Source: Octopus vulgaris
Taxonomy: Eukaryota
NCBI GenBank assembly: GCA_951406725.2
Contig: OX597839.1
Location: forward strand, 17,608,001 to 17,672,000
Direction of reading: 5' to 3'
DNA length: 64,000 bases
A program made the position numbers and the translations under genes. The notes beneath the pieces are model-generated. The model made no database searches. It saw only the letters and a program-made list of their open reading frames with translations, and was not told the origin of the DNA. Of the stretch, positions 27,928 through 42,164 are shown in pieces (position 1 is the first letter of the stretch; the number at the start of each line of letters is the position of its first letter).

Positions 27928-28095
27928 TCATGTGCCATTGATGATTTCTTTTCCTTCTTTGGATTTTTCCTTTTCTCCTTTCCGATGAAGAGCTATGCTC
28001 GGAACATCAAGCTCTCTTCTTTTACTGAGCATCAAGTTAATACATTTCTTATGCACATCCTTTTGTTGTCCAAAAATTTTATTCATTAATTTGAA
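27907..28095 (+). mobile_element. (TA)n-flanked insert, decayed relative of 43118-43312, nested in the microsatellite of a SINE A copy
   Basis: ccgatgaagagctatgctcggaac matches ctgatgaagagctccgctcgaaac. SINE A halves lie at about 27575-27725 and 28150-28360. Confidence 0.6.
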
Positions 28096-29957
28096 TTGTA
28101 TATATATATATATATGTGTGTGTGTGTCTGTATGTGTGTGTTATTGTGTGTATTTGTCCCCACCCCACTGTACACCTTGGCAACTTGTGTTGGTTTGTAT
28201 ACATCCTTGTGACTTAGTGGTTGGGCAAAAGTGACCAATACAATAAACACCAGACTTAAAAAGAAGTAATGGGGTGGATTTATTTATCCAAAAACCCTTC
28301 AAGGTAGTGCTCCAGTCTAGCCACAATCCAATGACTGAAAGACGTAGAAGATTAAAGATATATTTACTGTGCAAATATCTTTTGACGTCTGTTATTTCAC
28401 AAGATGGTTTTTAATAAACTTCTTGATACATTCCACTCTCTTAATTGCCTTTTATTTAAAATCTGTTAAAAACAGATTTGTTCAGAGTATTAAACTTTAA
28501 AAAAAATATTATCTTAGAAAGCTTAAAATTATCTAATCAGATAATTAAGCAACCAATTAGTTCTGTTTAAATTATTTTTTCTAGGATTATATTAAAACAG
28601 AAAAAAAAAGACAATTTACAAATAGCTTTAGAGATGTTTAAAAAAATATGTAATTAAAGTGCAGAAATTGATTGGATTTCAAGAATGAACATCTAAATAA
28701 TTGTTTCTTTAATAGATATTGGCAAGGTGTGAGGGGAAATAACAAGAGTTGTGAAGTTCATTCCTTTACCAAGGTCATTAGACATAAATCTGTTGTGGTT
28801 CCAACAGAGAATCAAAATACCAGATCCACAGATTCAGTTTCTTGAGAAATTATTCCTCCTCCCACTTCATTCTTCTTCTTCATTTCCTTCTTCTTCATCT
28901 CCTTCTTCATGTTGCACTTCTGTTTCATTATCTTCTTCTCCCTCTGCTTTTCCTTCTTCCTCTTTTTCTTCTTATTCTTCCCTTTAGTCTTCTTCATCTC
29001 CCCTTCCGCCTCTTGTCATCATCATTGTTGTTGCTGTTGTTGATGCTGTGGTTTAGGCCTAAGTCAATCCTCATCAGCTAAACCTGTCATAAAATATTTT
29101 CTCTAATTATGACAATCCCTACTTTTATTCTCAGTCATAGTGTATCTAGGACTACATTATCTAATATGTCCTCCTCTAAAACACCACAATACGATCTGAA
29201 TAAGATTGGGGCGAGGGGCTTCTGTTTCTAGCTGATCTAGTGACCGCATAGAGGTTCTCTTGTTGGTTGGTTATTATCATTTAGTTGCAGGTCGTCCATG
29301 ATCAAGTAGACATCCATTCATTCATCTTCTCTGCCCAATATTCCCAGGTAATGAGGGTTCATGGGAATAGAATCCTCAGGGACTTCGTCCATAATGTCAT
29401 ATCAGAAACAGCCATCGTTACATTTTCTGGCTATATTCTCTAACATGACCATCTGAGACTATCTTTTATTTGAAACTATTTTTTACTCGTTTCAGTCATT
29501 AGACACTCACACACCTGTCTTCATCTTTTTTTTTTTTTTGTGAATTCTCCCTATATATATATATATATATATTCATCATCATCATCATCGTTTAACGTCC
29601 GCTTTCCATTGGACAAATATATATATTAAGAAATTAATTGTTATGGCCAGTCAGTGTGACCTTTGGTTTCACACCTGTAAAGCTCTTAGCTGTACAGGCA
29701 ACTCATTAGACTCAAATAGCTATAGGCACATAACCTCTCTGCAACGAATCGCCTATATGGCTAAGTGCTTTATACATGCAAAACCAGTGGTCGTTCTCTG
29801 ACTGGCCATAACAATCAACTTCTTAAAAAACAATATACACTGCTCTAAAGTTTTAGAGTGTGCTTCTTTTTCAGATAAACAAATTATTGACAATATGTAT
29901 GTATGCATGTGTGCAAGTATGTATGTGTGTTTGTACACACACATATATATATATGTA

Positions 29958-31451
29958 TCGGGTCATCCCATAAATAATGCAACTTTTTTTTTTTATACTT
30001 CTTTTATTTTTCAAAATTAAGATAAACAAAGTTATTTTTTAATCTAAAATATACTCTTTTTCATTTTCTACAATGCTCTTCCATCTGTCTTGTAGACCTG
30101 CAAGGTCTCTCTTCCAGAATTCACTTGTCCGTCATGAAAAATACTTCTCCAGTTCTCTTCTGACCTCGTCTACAGAATTCGTATTTTTTCTGTCCAAATG
30201 ATTTTGAAGACTGCAGAATAAATGATAATCAAATGGTGCACTGTCCGGTGAATATGATGGGTAGGGCATCGTTTCCCATTCAAACTGCTCCAGCCTTTGG
30301 AATGTCATCCTTGCTGTATGTGGCCGAGCATTATCCTGATGGAAGAACACCTTTCATCTTGAAACCAAAGATGGTCGTTTTTCTTCTAGTGCTGACCTAA
30401 ACCACTCAAGCTGCTCACAATAGATCTCCTTTGTTATTGTTTAGCATGGGTTTAAAAGTTCAAGGAAGACTAACCTTTCATATCCAACCAAACCAATAAC
30501 AGCACATTATGTGGGTGAAGATCTTCTTTAGCCTGGGGTGTCAGTGTTTCTCCTTTCCTTACCCACTTTCTTTGGTACTTTACATTTTTATGGAGAACTC
30601 ATTTCTCTCACAAGTCACTATTCAGTACAAAAAAGGTTCATTTGTGAGATGTTGCAGCAAAGAAGAGCACACATTCACTTTCTCTGCACAATTAAACTTG
30701 GATGGAAATCTAAATTGTTTAACAACACATGTAGGTGAAGACCTTTTTTAGTCTGGGGTGCTTGTGTTTCTCCTTTCTTTGGTACTTGCTATTTTTATGG
30801 AGAACCAATTCGCATCACTAGTCACTATTCGGTCCAAAAAAGATTCATTCATGAGATGTGACAGCAGAGAAGAGTGCACATGCACTCTCCACACAAAATG
30901 AGAAGCAAAAAGTTTTGAAGAACCCTTCGACCCAGTTTGCTGACTTTTTTGATGGCACACACATGTCAATCAATGGTTGAACAACCAAATCCAAGATTAT
31001 CTGCTAGTTCCTCAACAATTATGATGGGATTTTGTTCCACCAGGGTTTGTAGGACATCCTCATCAAGCTCTATAGATCTTCCAGGACAAGGCTCATCTTC
31101 TTGGCTGTAGTTTCCAGGTCGGAATTTCTAGAACCACCATTGACACTGGCTTATGCTTATTGTCTGATCCCCATATACTGCATTAATATTCCTCACATTT
31201 TCCTTTGCATTGCTGCTTTTATTGAACTCATAAAGCAGAATATGCTGAATATGCTCCTTTGTCACTTCCATTATAGCTTTGAAAAAATAACTGTTAAAAT
31301 CAAATTGCACTTTTCAAAACTTCCACTAACAATAAGTACAAGATAAAATTACTACCTGCTTTTATAGTAAGTTGATGCAGGTAGTTTATCTTATCTCCCT
31401 CCAACTTTTAGTTCATGCAACTGAAAAAACTGCATTATTTATAGGATGACC

Positions 31452-31454
<3 letters not shown>
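29958..31454 (-). mobile_element. Decayed full-length mariner DNA transposon with TIRs; transposase pseudogene (ATG at 31271)
   Basis: TIRs tcgggtcatcccataaataatgca (29958-29981) and tgcattatttataggatgacccaa (31431-31454), with TA on the left. Fragments include MEVTKEHIQHILLYEF (HTH), FLDRIVTSDANW, HQDNARPH and YSPDSAPFDYHLF (mariner YSPDLAPSDYHLF motif). It carries stops and frameshifts. Confidence 0.95.
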
Positions 31455-31510
<56 letters not shown>

Positions 31511-32171
31511 TACATACACACACATTTTTATGGAAGATCTGGGCATTTGGCATGGAAGGGTTGTATTGGTCCAGACAAATCTCCCAACTAGATAGCTAGA
31601 GTTCATTGGAATAACTGTAAAATGATCAATAGAAAAGCTGTGTCTGTAAAAAATAGGGTTGGGATAGGAAGTGGTATTTTGGGGGTGGAGCATAGTTCAT
31701 TGGAATAACAGTTAAATAGTTAATGGAAAAGGGAAAAGGTTGTGTTTTATTAGTAAAGCAAGAACTAAAGCTGTTTACTTTACAGTTCCATATTAACTAG
31801 AGCAGTTTGGGAATTGAAAATGCATTAGTTTGTATGTCAGTGAGAGATATGGAATTAGTTCACTGGATCACTTTGGCATCCTATATAGATTGTATTGTAA
31901 TTATCTGTATTATAATGGCATGCCATAGGGAATAACTCAATTTCCATTTGTGACTATAGAAATGTAGAAATAAAGAAATATATAGATATTTATGAACAGA
32001 CATATGCAACAAGCACTCACCTACCTCTCACACACTCACATGTGTGTGTGTTTGCATGAATACACATGTATATATGTGTGCGCGCGTGTGTATATATATA
32101 TATACATATTTATATATATATATATATACATACATACACAAATATATGTAGGATATATATACAATTATTCA

Positions 32172-32227
<56 letters not shown>

Positions 32228-32282
32228 CATACATTCATACACACATATATTCATACAAATGCATTTTTCTCTTTCCCTCTCC

Positions 32283-32462
<180 letters not shown>

Positions 32463-33530
32463 ATACTTATACTTATACACACAAACACACATATCCATGT
32501 ATAATATATACAATATATATATATATAATTATATATAAATATATACATACATACACACACACATATATACTTATCTATATATCCACATACCGTAATACTC
32601 TCACAGCTGTACATGGAAATAAATAAAGGCTAGAAGTATTGGATAGTTGATTAGCACACTAGTTGACGTAGATGCACAGACATGCACATATACACATACA
32701 TACATTAACAGTAAGGCAGAGACAGAGAGACAGAGAGAGAGACAAGGAGACAAAGGAAGGGAGCGAACAATTTTGACACAAGTACCTTTTTGGCATGATG
32801 AAACAAACCTAACATAATTTAAAGCAAGCAATAGATATTTAAAAAACAAAACAAGACGAAAAATAGTTGTATAAGTCTTGTGAAAGAGTTATATAGGAAA
32901 CTACTGAATTCTGCTTTTCATATAATGATAACAGTGTGGCTGCAGTAACGGCATGAATGACGTTATTGATAAATCTATAATTTATATATGTCAGTAATTT
33001 CCTTTTAAAATTTGATTTATTTGCCTCCTGAAAGACACACACACAAAAACGACAAAAAACAGTCAACTAAAACAATATATATATATATATATATGCACAC
33101 TCATACACACACACACACATATTATCATGATACAAGAGTTTGAGAGTGGGGTAGGATAGGTCTGTTCAATTTTTTTTAATGGGTTTTCTGAATTTTTTGC
33201 TAATTTTTTTCTGTATGTTGTTATATATTTTTTGGGGTGGGGGTTGAATGTTTGTTGTTGTTATTTTTTTGTCCATATGTAATGAATTAACCTAGACTCA
33301 TCTTTAAAAGAAAAAATCTTTTTTTTTCTGCATTTTATAAATTTTTTAAAATATATTTTTTGTTTTTACCTTTATATATGTATATATATGTGTGTATGTA
33401 TGTGTGTGTATGTATATATGTATGTGTGTAGGTATATGTATGTATATGTGAATGTATATATGCATGTGTGTGTAGGTATGTGTATGTATATATAGGTATA
33501 TGTATATATTTGTATATGTATGTATGTATG

Positions 33531-33562
<32 letters not shown>

Positions 33563-33892
33563 AGTATATGTGAATATATATATGTGTGTGTGTGCATGTA
33601 TATATATAAATATATATACATACACACATACACGTATATCAAAGTGGAGCACATACATAAAAGAAATATTAACATGACACAAAGGTTGACATTAAGTTAA
33701 GATTGTAGTATGAAATGGCTCATTAAATTTTATGCAGTTTAAAGATTAACTAATAAAAAAAAAGACTCAAAAGAAGGAAATGAAAAAAAAATCAAAATTT
33801 AAATAAATAAATAAATTATAGCAAATTAAAATAAATTTGAAAAAAACACCTCACCATCCTGTTAGATATTTCTTTAGGAGTTTATATGTATG

Positions 33893-33927
<35 letters not shown>

Positions 33928-33999
33928 TTGTTTTTTGTTGTTGCCTATGTTTAATATGAATTTTAATCAGTTAGTTGCTTAAGGATCAGTTATGAAGAA

Positions 34000-34570
34000 G
34001 TTGTGGTGGTGGTGGTGGTGGTGGTGGTGGTGGTGGTGACACTGGTGGTAGTGGTATGTCTGTTAGTGTTGGTACTGATTGTTGTGGTGGTCATATTGTT
34101 AGCGATAGTACGTTTGTCAGTGGTGATGGTATGTCTGGTCATGGTGGTTATGGAGATGATGACATTGGTAATTGTGGTGGGGCGGCGGTGGTGGTGGTGG
34201 TGGTGGTGGTGGTGGTATGAAACTACTGGTACTGATAGCAGTAGTGATTCATGGAGTTGGTGATGGTGTATCTGAGGCTGGTGGTGATGTGGTGGTGGAA
34301 GTGATGTTGGTAGTGGATATGGCAGAGGTGGTTGTGATAGATGGGGTAGTGAACAGTGGTGGTACTGGTGGTGATGGTATGTCAGGTGATGGTCCATGGT
34401 GGTTGATGGTGCGGTGTTGTCAGTAGTGCTGGTGGTGAATTGTATGTCAGGTGATGAGGGTCACAGAGATGATGATGGCAGTGAAGATGGTGGTGGTGCT
34501 TTTTGATATGTGTGTCTGATGTTGATGGTAATGCTGATTGTGGTGGTAGTAGTGGGGGTGATGGTTTCGG
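34000..34570. repeat. Degenerate (GGT/GAT)n low-complexity tract
   Basis: Seen directly. Similar tracts occur at 40950-41200 and 41340-41760, and in complement at 55855-56570. Confidence 0.9.
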
Positions 34571-35092
34571 TGTAATTACAAACTAGGAGACACAAGAAGT
34601 ATAAGATTTGTTTTATGAAAGAGAAGAAATTCAATAAACCTTGAGTTTCTTTTTTCTATCTTTTCAACTTCACACAATTTTTTGAAAACAAAAAAATAAA
34701 AAGCAAAAAAAAAAAATTTGCTTGATTTCCTTTTTTTTTTTATTTTTCACTACATTCACATGGGTTTGAAAGCTCTACTAATCTTTGAACTGTTCAACTG
34801 TGTTTCTTTTTTTTTCCTTTTTATAGCTAGATTCAAGTTTATAATCCTCCCTATTCTCGTGTGAAGTCAGAAGGAATGATATTCCTTAGCTTCTCATTTT
34901 ATTTTTGATTATTAACATATTTGATGGCATATAGGATGCACTTTTCCTCCCAAAAAAATCTCAAAAATTTACCCCAGGTCCTGTATGCAAAGTTAGGTCA
35001 ATATTACATGCTTTAATACTCCAAAAACTTTTTTCTGAATATGTGCTGCTGTAATTGGGGTTCATCTATAGGCTCATGCATCTTTTATGCCT

Positions 35093-35860
35093 TCGGCTCA
35101 GTGGTGAGAGAACCTGGCTCGCAATCATGAGGTAGTGAGTTTGATTCCCAGACTGGATTCTGTATTGTGTTTTTGAACAAGACACTCTATTTCACATTGC
35201 TCTTGTTCACTCAGCTGTAGAAATGAGTTGTAACATGAGTAGTGCCAAGCTGTATTGGCCTTTGTCTTTCCCTTGTATAATATTGGTGGCATGTAGAGTG
35301 GAGGCTGAAGCTCTGACGTCTGGCAGCTGACTTGGCAGACACCCATAAAATTATTAACCATCTTAGAAACAATAACTCTGAGCACCTTTTCAAACTCCAC
35401 CCATCTAACACCCGTGGGCATATTTATAAAGTCAGTAAACAGCACAGCTCCCATGACTTTAGCAAACATTTTTTCACGCTGAGAATTGCTGAAGCATGGA
35501 ACAAACTGCCGGCATCAGTTGTTAGTTGTCGGAGCACTGCATCCTTCAAAACTTCCATGCTTTCTGAGATTCGCCAACACTACACTTGATTTTCTCCCCT
35601 CCATACACACACCAGCATGTATCTGACTCATACACTGTTCACTTCCCAGACATTTGTACATTACTGCATACACTTTATACGCACTTTCTGACAAGTTGTG
35701 GTGCACCTGAGCACTGTATACAATAATTTCATTATTATTATTATTATATGCATGGGTGATTGCTGGTCTTCCATAAACAACCTTGCCTGGACTTGTGCCT
35801 CAGAGGAGAACTTCCTAGGCGCAACCTCATGGTCATTCATGACCAAAGGGAGTCTTTACC
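35093..35860 (+). mobile_element. SINE family B interrupted by a LINE insertion
   Basis: The SINE breaks after ...gaggctg (about 35307) and resumes at tatgcatggg (35747). The two parts are contiguous in the copy at 54352-54681. Confidence 0.88.
35308..35746 (+). mobile_element. 5'-truncated CR1-type LINE (RT C-terminus, 3' UTR, (ATT)n tail)
   Basis: ORF 35332-35589 reads NTRGHIYK...KHFFTLRIAEAWNKLPASVV...SFK, the TRGH/FF-R/WN-LP/FK motif series of CR1-group ORF2 ends. Confidence 0.88.
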
Positions 35861-37164
35861 CTTTTACCCTATGTATATTGTCAGTAGTTCATATATCCAA
35901 AAAAAAGAAGCACACTCTAAAGCATTAGAGCATTAATATATTGTTTTAGGAAGCTACATGTTATAACCAGTCATATAGTGACCTTTGGTTTCACACCCGT
36001 AAAGAGCTTAACAGCATAAGCAATGCATCAGATGCTTTTTAGTCTGATGAGCCAGATCCAGCCTCTTGTACCTACTCTACAATGTCATTCTGAAAGTAAA
36101 CAATAACATCAACTGAAATCTCGAAGCTACAAGATAATGCATGATTAATTCAAAACAATGTGAATAAATAAGCATTACATTTGGCAGAATAATCTGAATG
36201 TTAACAGGTTGAAACAGTTTCTAGAAAGATAATTAGAAGAGTTCATTCAAATAAGGCAGGAGGTAAGTTTACAGATACAGCTGTATAAACCAGGACCTGA
36301 TTTGAGAAGTCTGTGCAATATGTGGCTTTGGGCTCAGTCCCACTGCATGGTATCTTGGCCAAGTGCCTTCTACTATAACCCGGTGCTGATCAATGCCTAG
36401 AGTAAATTTGGTAGATAGAAACTACATAGAAGCCTATTGTGTATGTGTGCGTTTTCATGTATGTGCATGCATATGTGTATGCATGCACGTGTGTATCACT
36501 GTGTCTATGTGTCTGTATTTGCTTAAGAACTGGTGTTGGTTTGTTTATGTCTCCACATAACTTAGCAAACTTAGCAAAAGAGACTCATAGATTAAAAAAG
36601 CTTTAAACAAAGAAAAATGCTGGTGCCAATTTGTTCAACTAAAACCCTTCCAGGCCATGCTCCAGCATGACCACAGTCAAATAGCTGAAACAAATACAAG
36701 GTAAAAGATACACTAAGCAACAGCTACATAAAACAAGCTGAAAATAAATATAAGACTGTTGTTTTGATGTGAATGATGGAAGTTTTGTTTTGTCATTTTT
36801 GTTTTTCTTTCAATGCTAAGAAATTAATGATAGATTGGCAAAGAAGTCCACAAAGAGGAATAAATTTTCATTTCTGCTGTGTATGAAGTAAAGGAGAAGT
36901 TTTATATTTCATCTGTGATGAAGTGATTTCTTCTTCCACACAGCAACATAATTTGTTCCACTTTAACGACTGTTTTTGTACTTACTATTTGCTGGTGTAG
37001 ACTATCAACGTTTTCCTTGTGAATAGATTTAGTAATCGGAAAACTGAAAGAAGCCCATTGTACATGTGTGTATACATGTGAGTGTTGTGTGTGGAGGTAA
37101 CTGTATCTGGTGTGTGTGTGTGTGTGTGTAGAGAGAGAGAGAGGTGATTCTGTATGGTGGTGAA

Positions 37165-37757
37165 TATGCATGTGTTGTGTATGTATGTGTGTGTGTGTGT
37201 GTGTGCATGTATGTGTGCGTGTGTATGTGTGTGTGCATGTATGTGTGTGTGTGTATGTGTGTGTGCATGTATCTGTGTGTGTGTATGTGTGTGTGCATGT
37301 ATCTGTGTGTGTGTATGTGTGTGTGCATGTATCTGTGTATGTGTGTGTGTGTGCATGTATCTGTGTGTGTGTATGTGTGTGTGCATGTATCTGTGTGTGT
37401 GTGTGTGTGCATGTATCTGTGTGTGTGTGTGTGTGTGTGTGCATGTATCTGTGTGTGTGTGTGTGTGCATGTATCTGTGTGTGTGTGTGTGTGTGTGCAT
37501 GTATCTGTGTGTGTGTGTGTGTGTGTGCATGTATCTGTGTGTGTGTGTGTGTGTGTGCATGTATCTGTGTGTGTGTGTGTGCATGTATCTGTGTGTGTGT
37601 GTGTGCATGTATCTGTGTGTGTGTGTGTGTGTGCATGTATCTGTGCGTGTGTGTGTGTGTGCATGTATCTGTGTGTGTGTGTGTGTGTGTGCATGTATCT
37701 GTGTGTGTGTGTGTGTGTGTGCATGTATCTGTGTGTGTGTGTGTGTGTGTGCATGTA

Positions 37758-37792
<35 letters not shown>
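37165..37792. repeat. Compound minisatellite: GCATGTATCT anchors separated by variable (GT)n
   Basis: About 20 units seen directly. It explains six spurious 200-300 aa ORFs. Confidence 0.96.
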
Positions 37793-38426
37793 ATGTTTGT
37801 GCTTTCCCATATGACAATTGTAAAATTGTACATTCCTTCATATGACAATTGTAAAAAGTGTCACCATCATACAATCTGTGTTCTTCCTCTGTAATATTCT
37901 TCAAAAACATGTCTGGTTATGTGGAAATATATCTGTCCTTGTTTATCTCAGAGGTTTTGCCCACCCCCCACCCTCCACCCCACTGGCAAAAAATCAGTGA
38001 TAAATGCCACGAACTTCCACCATCATGTATTTTCTTGACCATCTCTATCTTTTCATATAGAGACTATATGTATCCATGTCATTTGTTAAGATCAGACATC
38101 TTCATATTGAGGTGAATGCTAGATTCATTGACACTAAACTCACAACCCACATCAGTGAAGCTTCACCATTATGTATTTTCTCTACCTTTTGATGCAGAGA
38201 ATACACTTATCTGCATTGTTTGTTAGTATTAGGTGCCTTCATACTCTTTCTATTCACTGTTCCCATGTTGATGAGTGCCTAAATCCACATAAAAAATATG
38301 CAGCTTTACAGTAGTCTTGTAAACCTAAGAAATAGTCTGTGCATTTTAGGTAAATGAGGTAACTGAGTATTGTAAGTGGTCACTATACAAGTAGAACCTT
38401 TAACTGAGATATATATATATATATAT

Positions 38427-38630
38427 AGGGAGAGTTTATGAAAAAAACAAAAGACGAAGACAGGTGGTGTACAAAACAAACAGATTTATTAGTATAATGC
38501 TCAGGAATAGAAAAAGTCTTTTACGTTTCAAGCCTACGCTCTTCTACAGAAAGGGACACAGAAAAAACAAGGAGAGAAAAAAATGTATGTAGTGGCTAAC
38601 GATCTATCATGGTGACTAGTGCCAGACCAT
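38427..38630 (-). mobile_element. (TA)n-flanked insert with a hammerhead-like motif (38518-38553)
   Basis: Reverse complement of about 17555-17755. The minus strand reads cttt-ctgtaga-a-gagc-gtag-gctt-gaaacgt-a-aaag. Confidence 0.65.
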
Positions 38631-39406
38631 ATATATATATATATTATTTAATAGACACAATACATGTTTTTATGTGCTACTAATAGTTTTCGTATGTTAA
38701 AAAATACTTCAAACATATTCATTAGGCAAAAACAAGATATGTGGTTTGTGTCAGATGAATATGAAAGTATTAGTAGCACAAAAAAACATGTATTAGGTCT
38801 ATTAAATAATATTTATCTATCACCAGACGGAGTACTCTTTGTTGATCATACCATCACAGAACAGTATATTACATATGTGTGTGTTTGTTATTGCAGATCA
38901 ATCCTTGATAAATGTAGCATGGTTTGCATTTGAACACACCATGTTTGCCTGGATCAGTGATGAATGATGTTACATGTATTACCTCACTTAGAAATAGGTG
39001 AAGGTTGATGACAGGAAAGCCATTCAGCCACAGAAAATTTGACTCAGTTGATATCATTCGACCCATGCCAGCATGGAAATGTGGACTTTAATACTATGAT
39101 GATTCTACTGCTCCTATATGATAAGTTCACATCTACACAAGGTGCCATATAGTGGGATTGAACCTGATGGTATGGGTTTATGAAGTGATCTTCTTAGCCA
39201 TACAGCCATGTACTCTTCATTATTTTAAATGAATATTGAACACTTAGATGTATTTCTTGTACTTTAAACTACTTAACGACTTCTTATTTTAATTCAAGTC
39301 TAATTTCATAAATGAACTATCCCAGCTATTATAATTAAAAGCAAAATCAACTATAAGGCCAAAAAAATATGCAGAACCTATAATTTACTTTGGATACTTA
39401 CTTACG

Positions 39407-39461
<55 letters not shown>

Positions 39462-40309
39462 CCGCTCCCTTCCTCCCTCCCTCTCTCTCAGAGGTTAGAG
39501 GTCATTTTACTTTATAATTTGCTAGCATTGTCAATTTTGAAACTTCACTGCATATAAAATAAGTTTTGATAATGCAAATTGTATGTGTATTTAGAAGGTA
39601 ATTGCTAGTTATAGTCAGAAATAAAGACATTAGAATTTGCATTTAGTTTCCTTTGTAAAATATCCATACATAAGACATCTTTTTATATAAAACAAACCAA
39701 AATAAGCTTAAGATTGTTGTAATGATGTGAATGGTGAAGGCTTGTTATTTTTTTTGTTTCCTTTTATGCATTTTTCTTTTCTTTTTTTTTTCACTTAGTG
39801 CTAACTAACTAATGATACTGTTAATCTATGTTGATGAAATTCGATTTTGTATTGAACAAATCTTTGTTTTTTTTTGTTGTTTCTTTTACCTTTAATAATG
39901 GTATTTTTGCTCTGGTTATTTTATATAATTTGTTTTCACTTTTGTTAAGTAAGTTACTCTTTAGAAACTGTATGGTTTCAGGTTCAGTCCCACTGTGCAA
40001 CACTTTGGAAAAGTATCTTCTATAGCCCTAGGCTGACCAATGCCTTGTGAGTGAATTTTTTGGATGATCACTACATGATGGTTTGATTCCCAGACAAAGC
40101 AGCACGTTGTGTTCTTCAACAAAAACACATCATTTCACATTGCTCCAGTCCCCTTTCGATCAGGAGGGAATGTTGGCCTATTTGCTTAGCCAGTGGGGTG
40201 ACATCATTTGACAGTTAAAACAATATAAAGTGCACTGTGACCAATGATGTGTGACAACATCTGATAGCCTGATTGATCACAAGATCTATCTATCTATCTA
40301 TCTATAAGC

Positions 40310-40575
40310 AAATGGACTGTTGCCAAAGTAATGAAGCTAAAGCACGCACATGCAGAGTGAAGCCACTTGGCACAAATTGACCTTGTACTCCGCTGTGCAA
40401 GCGCACTAAGTTTTATTGTTCCAGCTGTTTACTGTTTACTGCAGTGCTTGGAAGGAACATGTGTAGTATTTGATTGTTGCATTGGCCATGACAGAGAAAG
40501 TTGAGCAGAGACTCTACATCAGATTTTGCCAAAAGCTTGGCGATACCTGCTCAGAGGCCTACACAAAGTTTTCAA
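40310..40575 (+). mobile_element. Mariner-derived 5' fragment (different family from 29958-31454)
   Basis: From ATG 40488 it reads MTEKVEQRLYIRFCQKLGDTCSEAY, which resembles the mariner transposase N-terminal EQR-x-x-IKFC-x-KLG HTH start. Confidence 0.65.
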
Positions 40576-41137
40576 AAAAGTTTTCATCACTCTTGACTCA
40601 ATTAAGTCTGTATGGTGAGATGATACAAAAAGAAAATTTTGTTTCATCACCTTATCTGAAGGGGTAATACCTGTATCTTCTTCAGGGTCTTGGAAACTGG
40701 CAGGAGAGATGGAGGAAGGTATAAAGAGATGGTTAGGTGCAGCTGTTTGGACATTGATGATTTCACTCAACTAACCGGACATACTGCTAGATAGTAATTT
40801 TTGGCACTGGAGGCATATGCACTCACACACACTCACACCCTCAGATATATGCAAATATAGATAAAAAGAGTGAGAGACAGAGAGAGACATTACATTTTAT
40901 TAATTGAATATGCTTGACATAAACATTTTCTATTCCTTCATTCACATAGAGTGGTGGTAGGGAATATGGTGGTGGTAGGGAGTATGGTAGTGGTGAAGGA
41001 TGATGATGCTGGGATGATGGTGGTGGTGGTGACTTTGGTATTTGCTGAAAGTGCAAATAATGAAGCAACATTACAAGAACTAAAAACAGACCTTATGATG
41101 AGGCACATTCCAGAAAGCAGCTGCAGCAGCAGCAGTT

Positions 41138-41175
<38 letters not shown>

Positions 41176-42164
41176 GGTGGTGGTGGTGGTGGTGGTAGTA
41201 GGAGGAGGACCTGTAGATATTGTTAAGGTCTTTCTACTGAAGTATTTGTTAAGCATGAACCATTTCATGTAGGTTTTCCCTAATATGTACCTAATTGTTT
41301 TGGATGTAAGAATGGTTAAGACTTGATGCATTGATGAGACTATGGATAATAATAATAATGATGATGATGACAATAATGGTGGTGCTGGTGATGATGATGA
41401 CAGTGATGTTGGTGATAGTGGTGTTGGTGGAGGTTGTGATGATGGTGGTGGCAGCAGTGGTAATGGTGGTAGTGGTGGTAGATGGAGGTAAATGGTGACA
41501 ACAATGATGATGGGGTGGTAGTGGTGATGGTGATGTCAATGGTAGAGGTGATGGTGGTAATGGTGATGGTGATGACAATGGATGGTGGGGTGATGCTAAT
41601 GACAATGGTGGTGGTGGAGATAGTCATGGAGGTAGTCGTGGTGGTGATGACAATGATGGTGATGGTAATGGTGGTGGCAACAATGACGATATTGGTGAGG
41701 CTGCTACTGATGATGATAATGATGGCAGAGGTGGCGGTAGTGGTGATGGTGATGATGATGATTGCTTTTCTACTCCTCTACTTGCCTGTTCTCCCTTTCT
41801 TCCTCCGTCTCCTCTTCTCTCCTTACGTTACGACTGCTCTGAACCCAATTCCTACAAACTGGTCTGTATCTATGAACATTTAATAATGGCACCACTGAGA
41901 AATCTTGCTAGCACAAGACCTACAATTAATAGCATCCACCTACTTCTAGATAAATAAACAGCTACATGTTAACAAGCAGCATAGCAAAAAAGTCAAGCAG
42001 TAAACTACTTGTTTATGCAACTGAGTTGAGTCATGTATGAAAGAGCCAGAAATCCATACAATACTAATATGAAATATCATTTTCCATCATCATCATCACA
42101 TTAATCATCATCATCATCATCCCCATCATTTTAAAAATCATTCATCATTTTAATAAACATCATA

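Noticed and set aside
28850-29045. Ser- or Lys/Glu-rich ORFs
   Set aside because: (TTC)n-derived low-complexity tract.
33990-34426. Poly-His/Thr/Val/Gly ORFs (also 41080-41883 and 55813-56533)
   Set aside because: Degenerate trinucleotide low-complexity DNA.
34827-34900. Possible forkhead N-terminal exon (acceptor followed by IQVYNPPYSRVK, similar to KPPYS)
   Set aside because: The following residues do not match the forkhead helix 1 pattern (Y-A-x-L-I), no good donor follows and the frame closes. Probably chance.
36902-37910. 200-300 aa His/Thr- or Cys/Val-rich ORFs in all six frames
   Set aside because: They come from a compound (GT)n minisatellite that is open in every frame; there is no splice or codon evidence.
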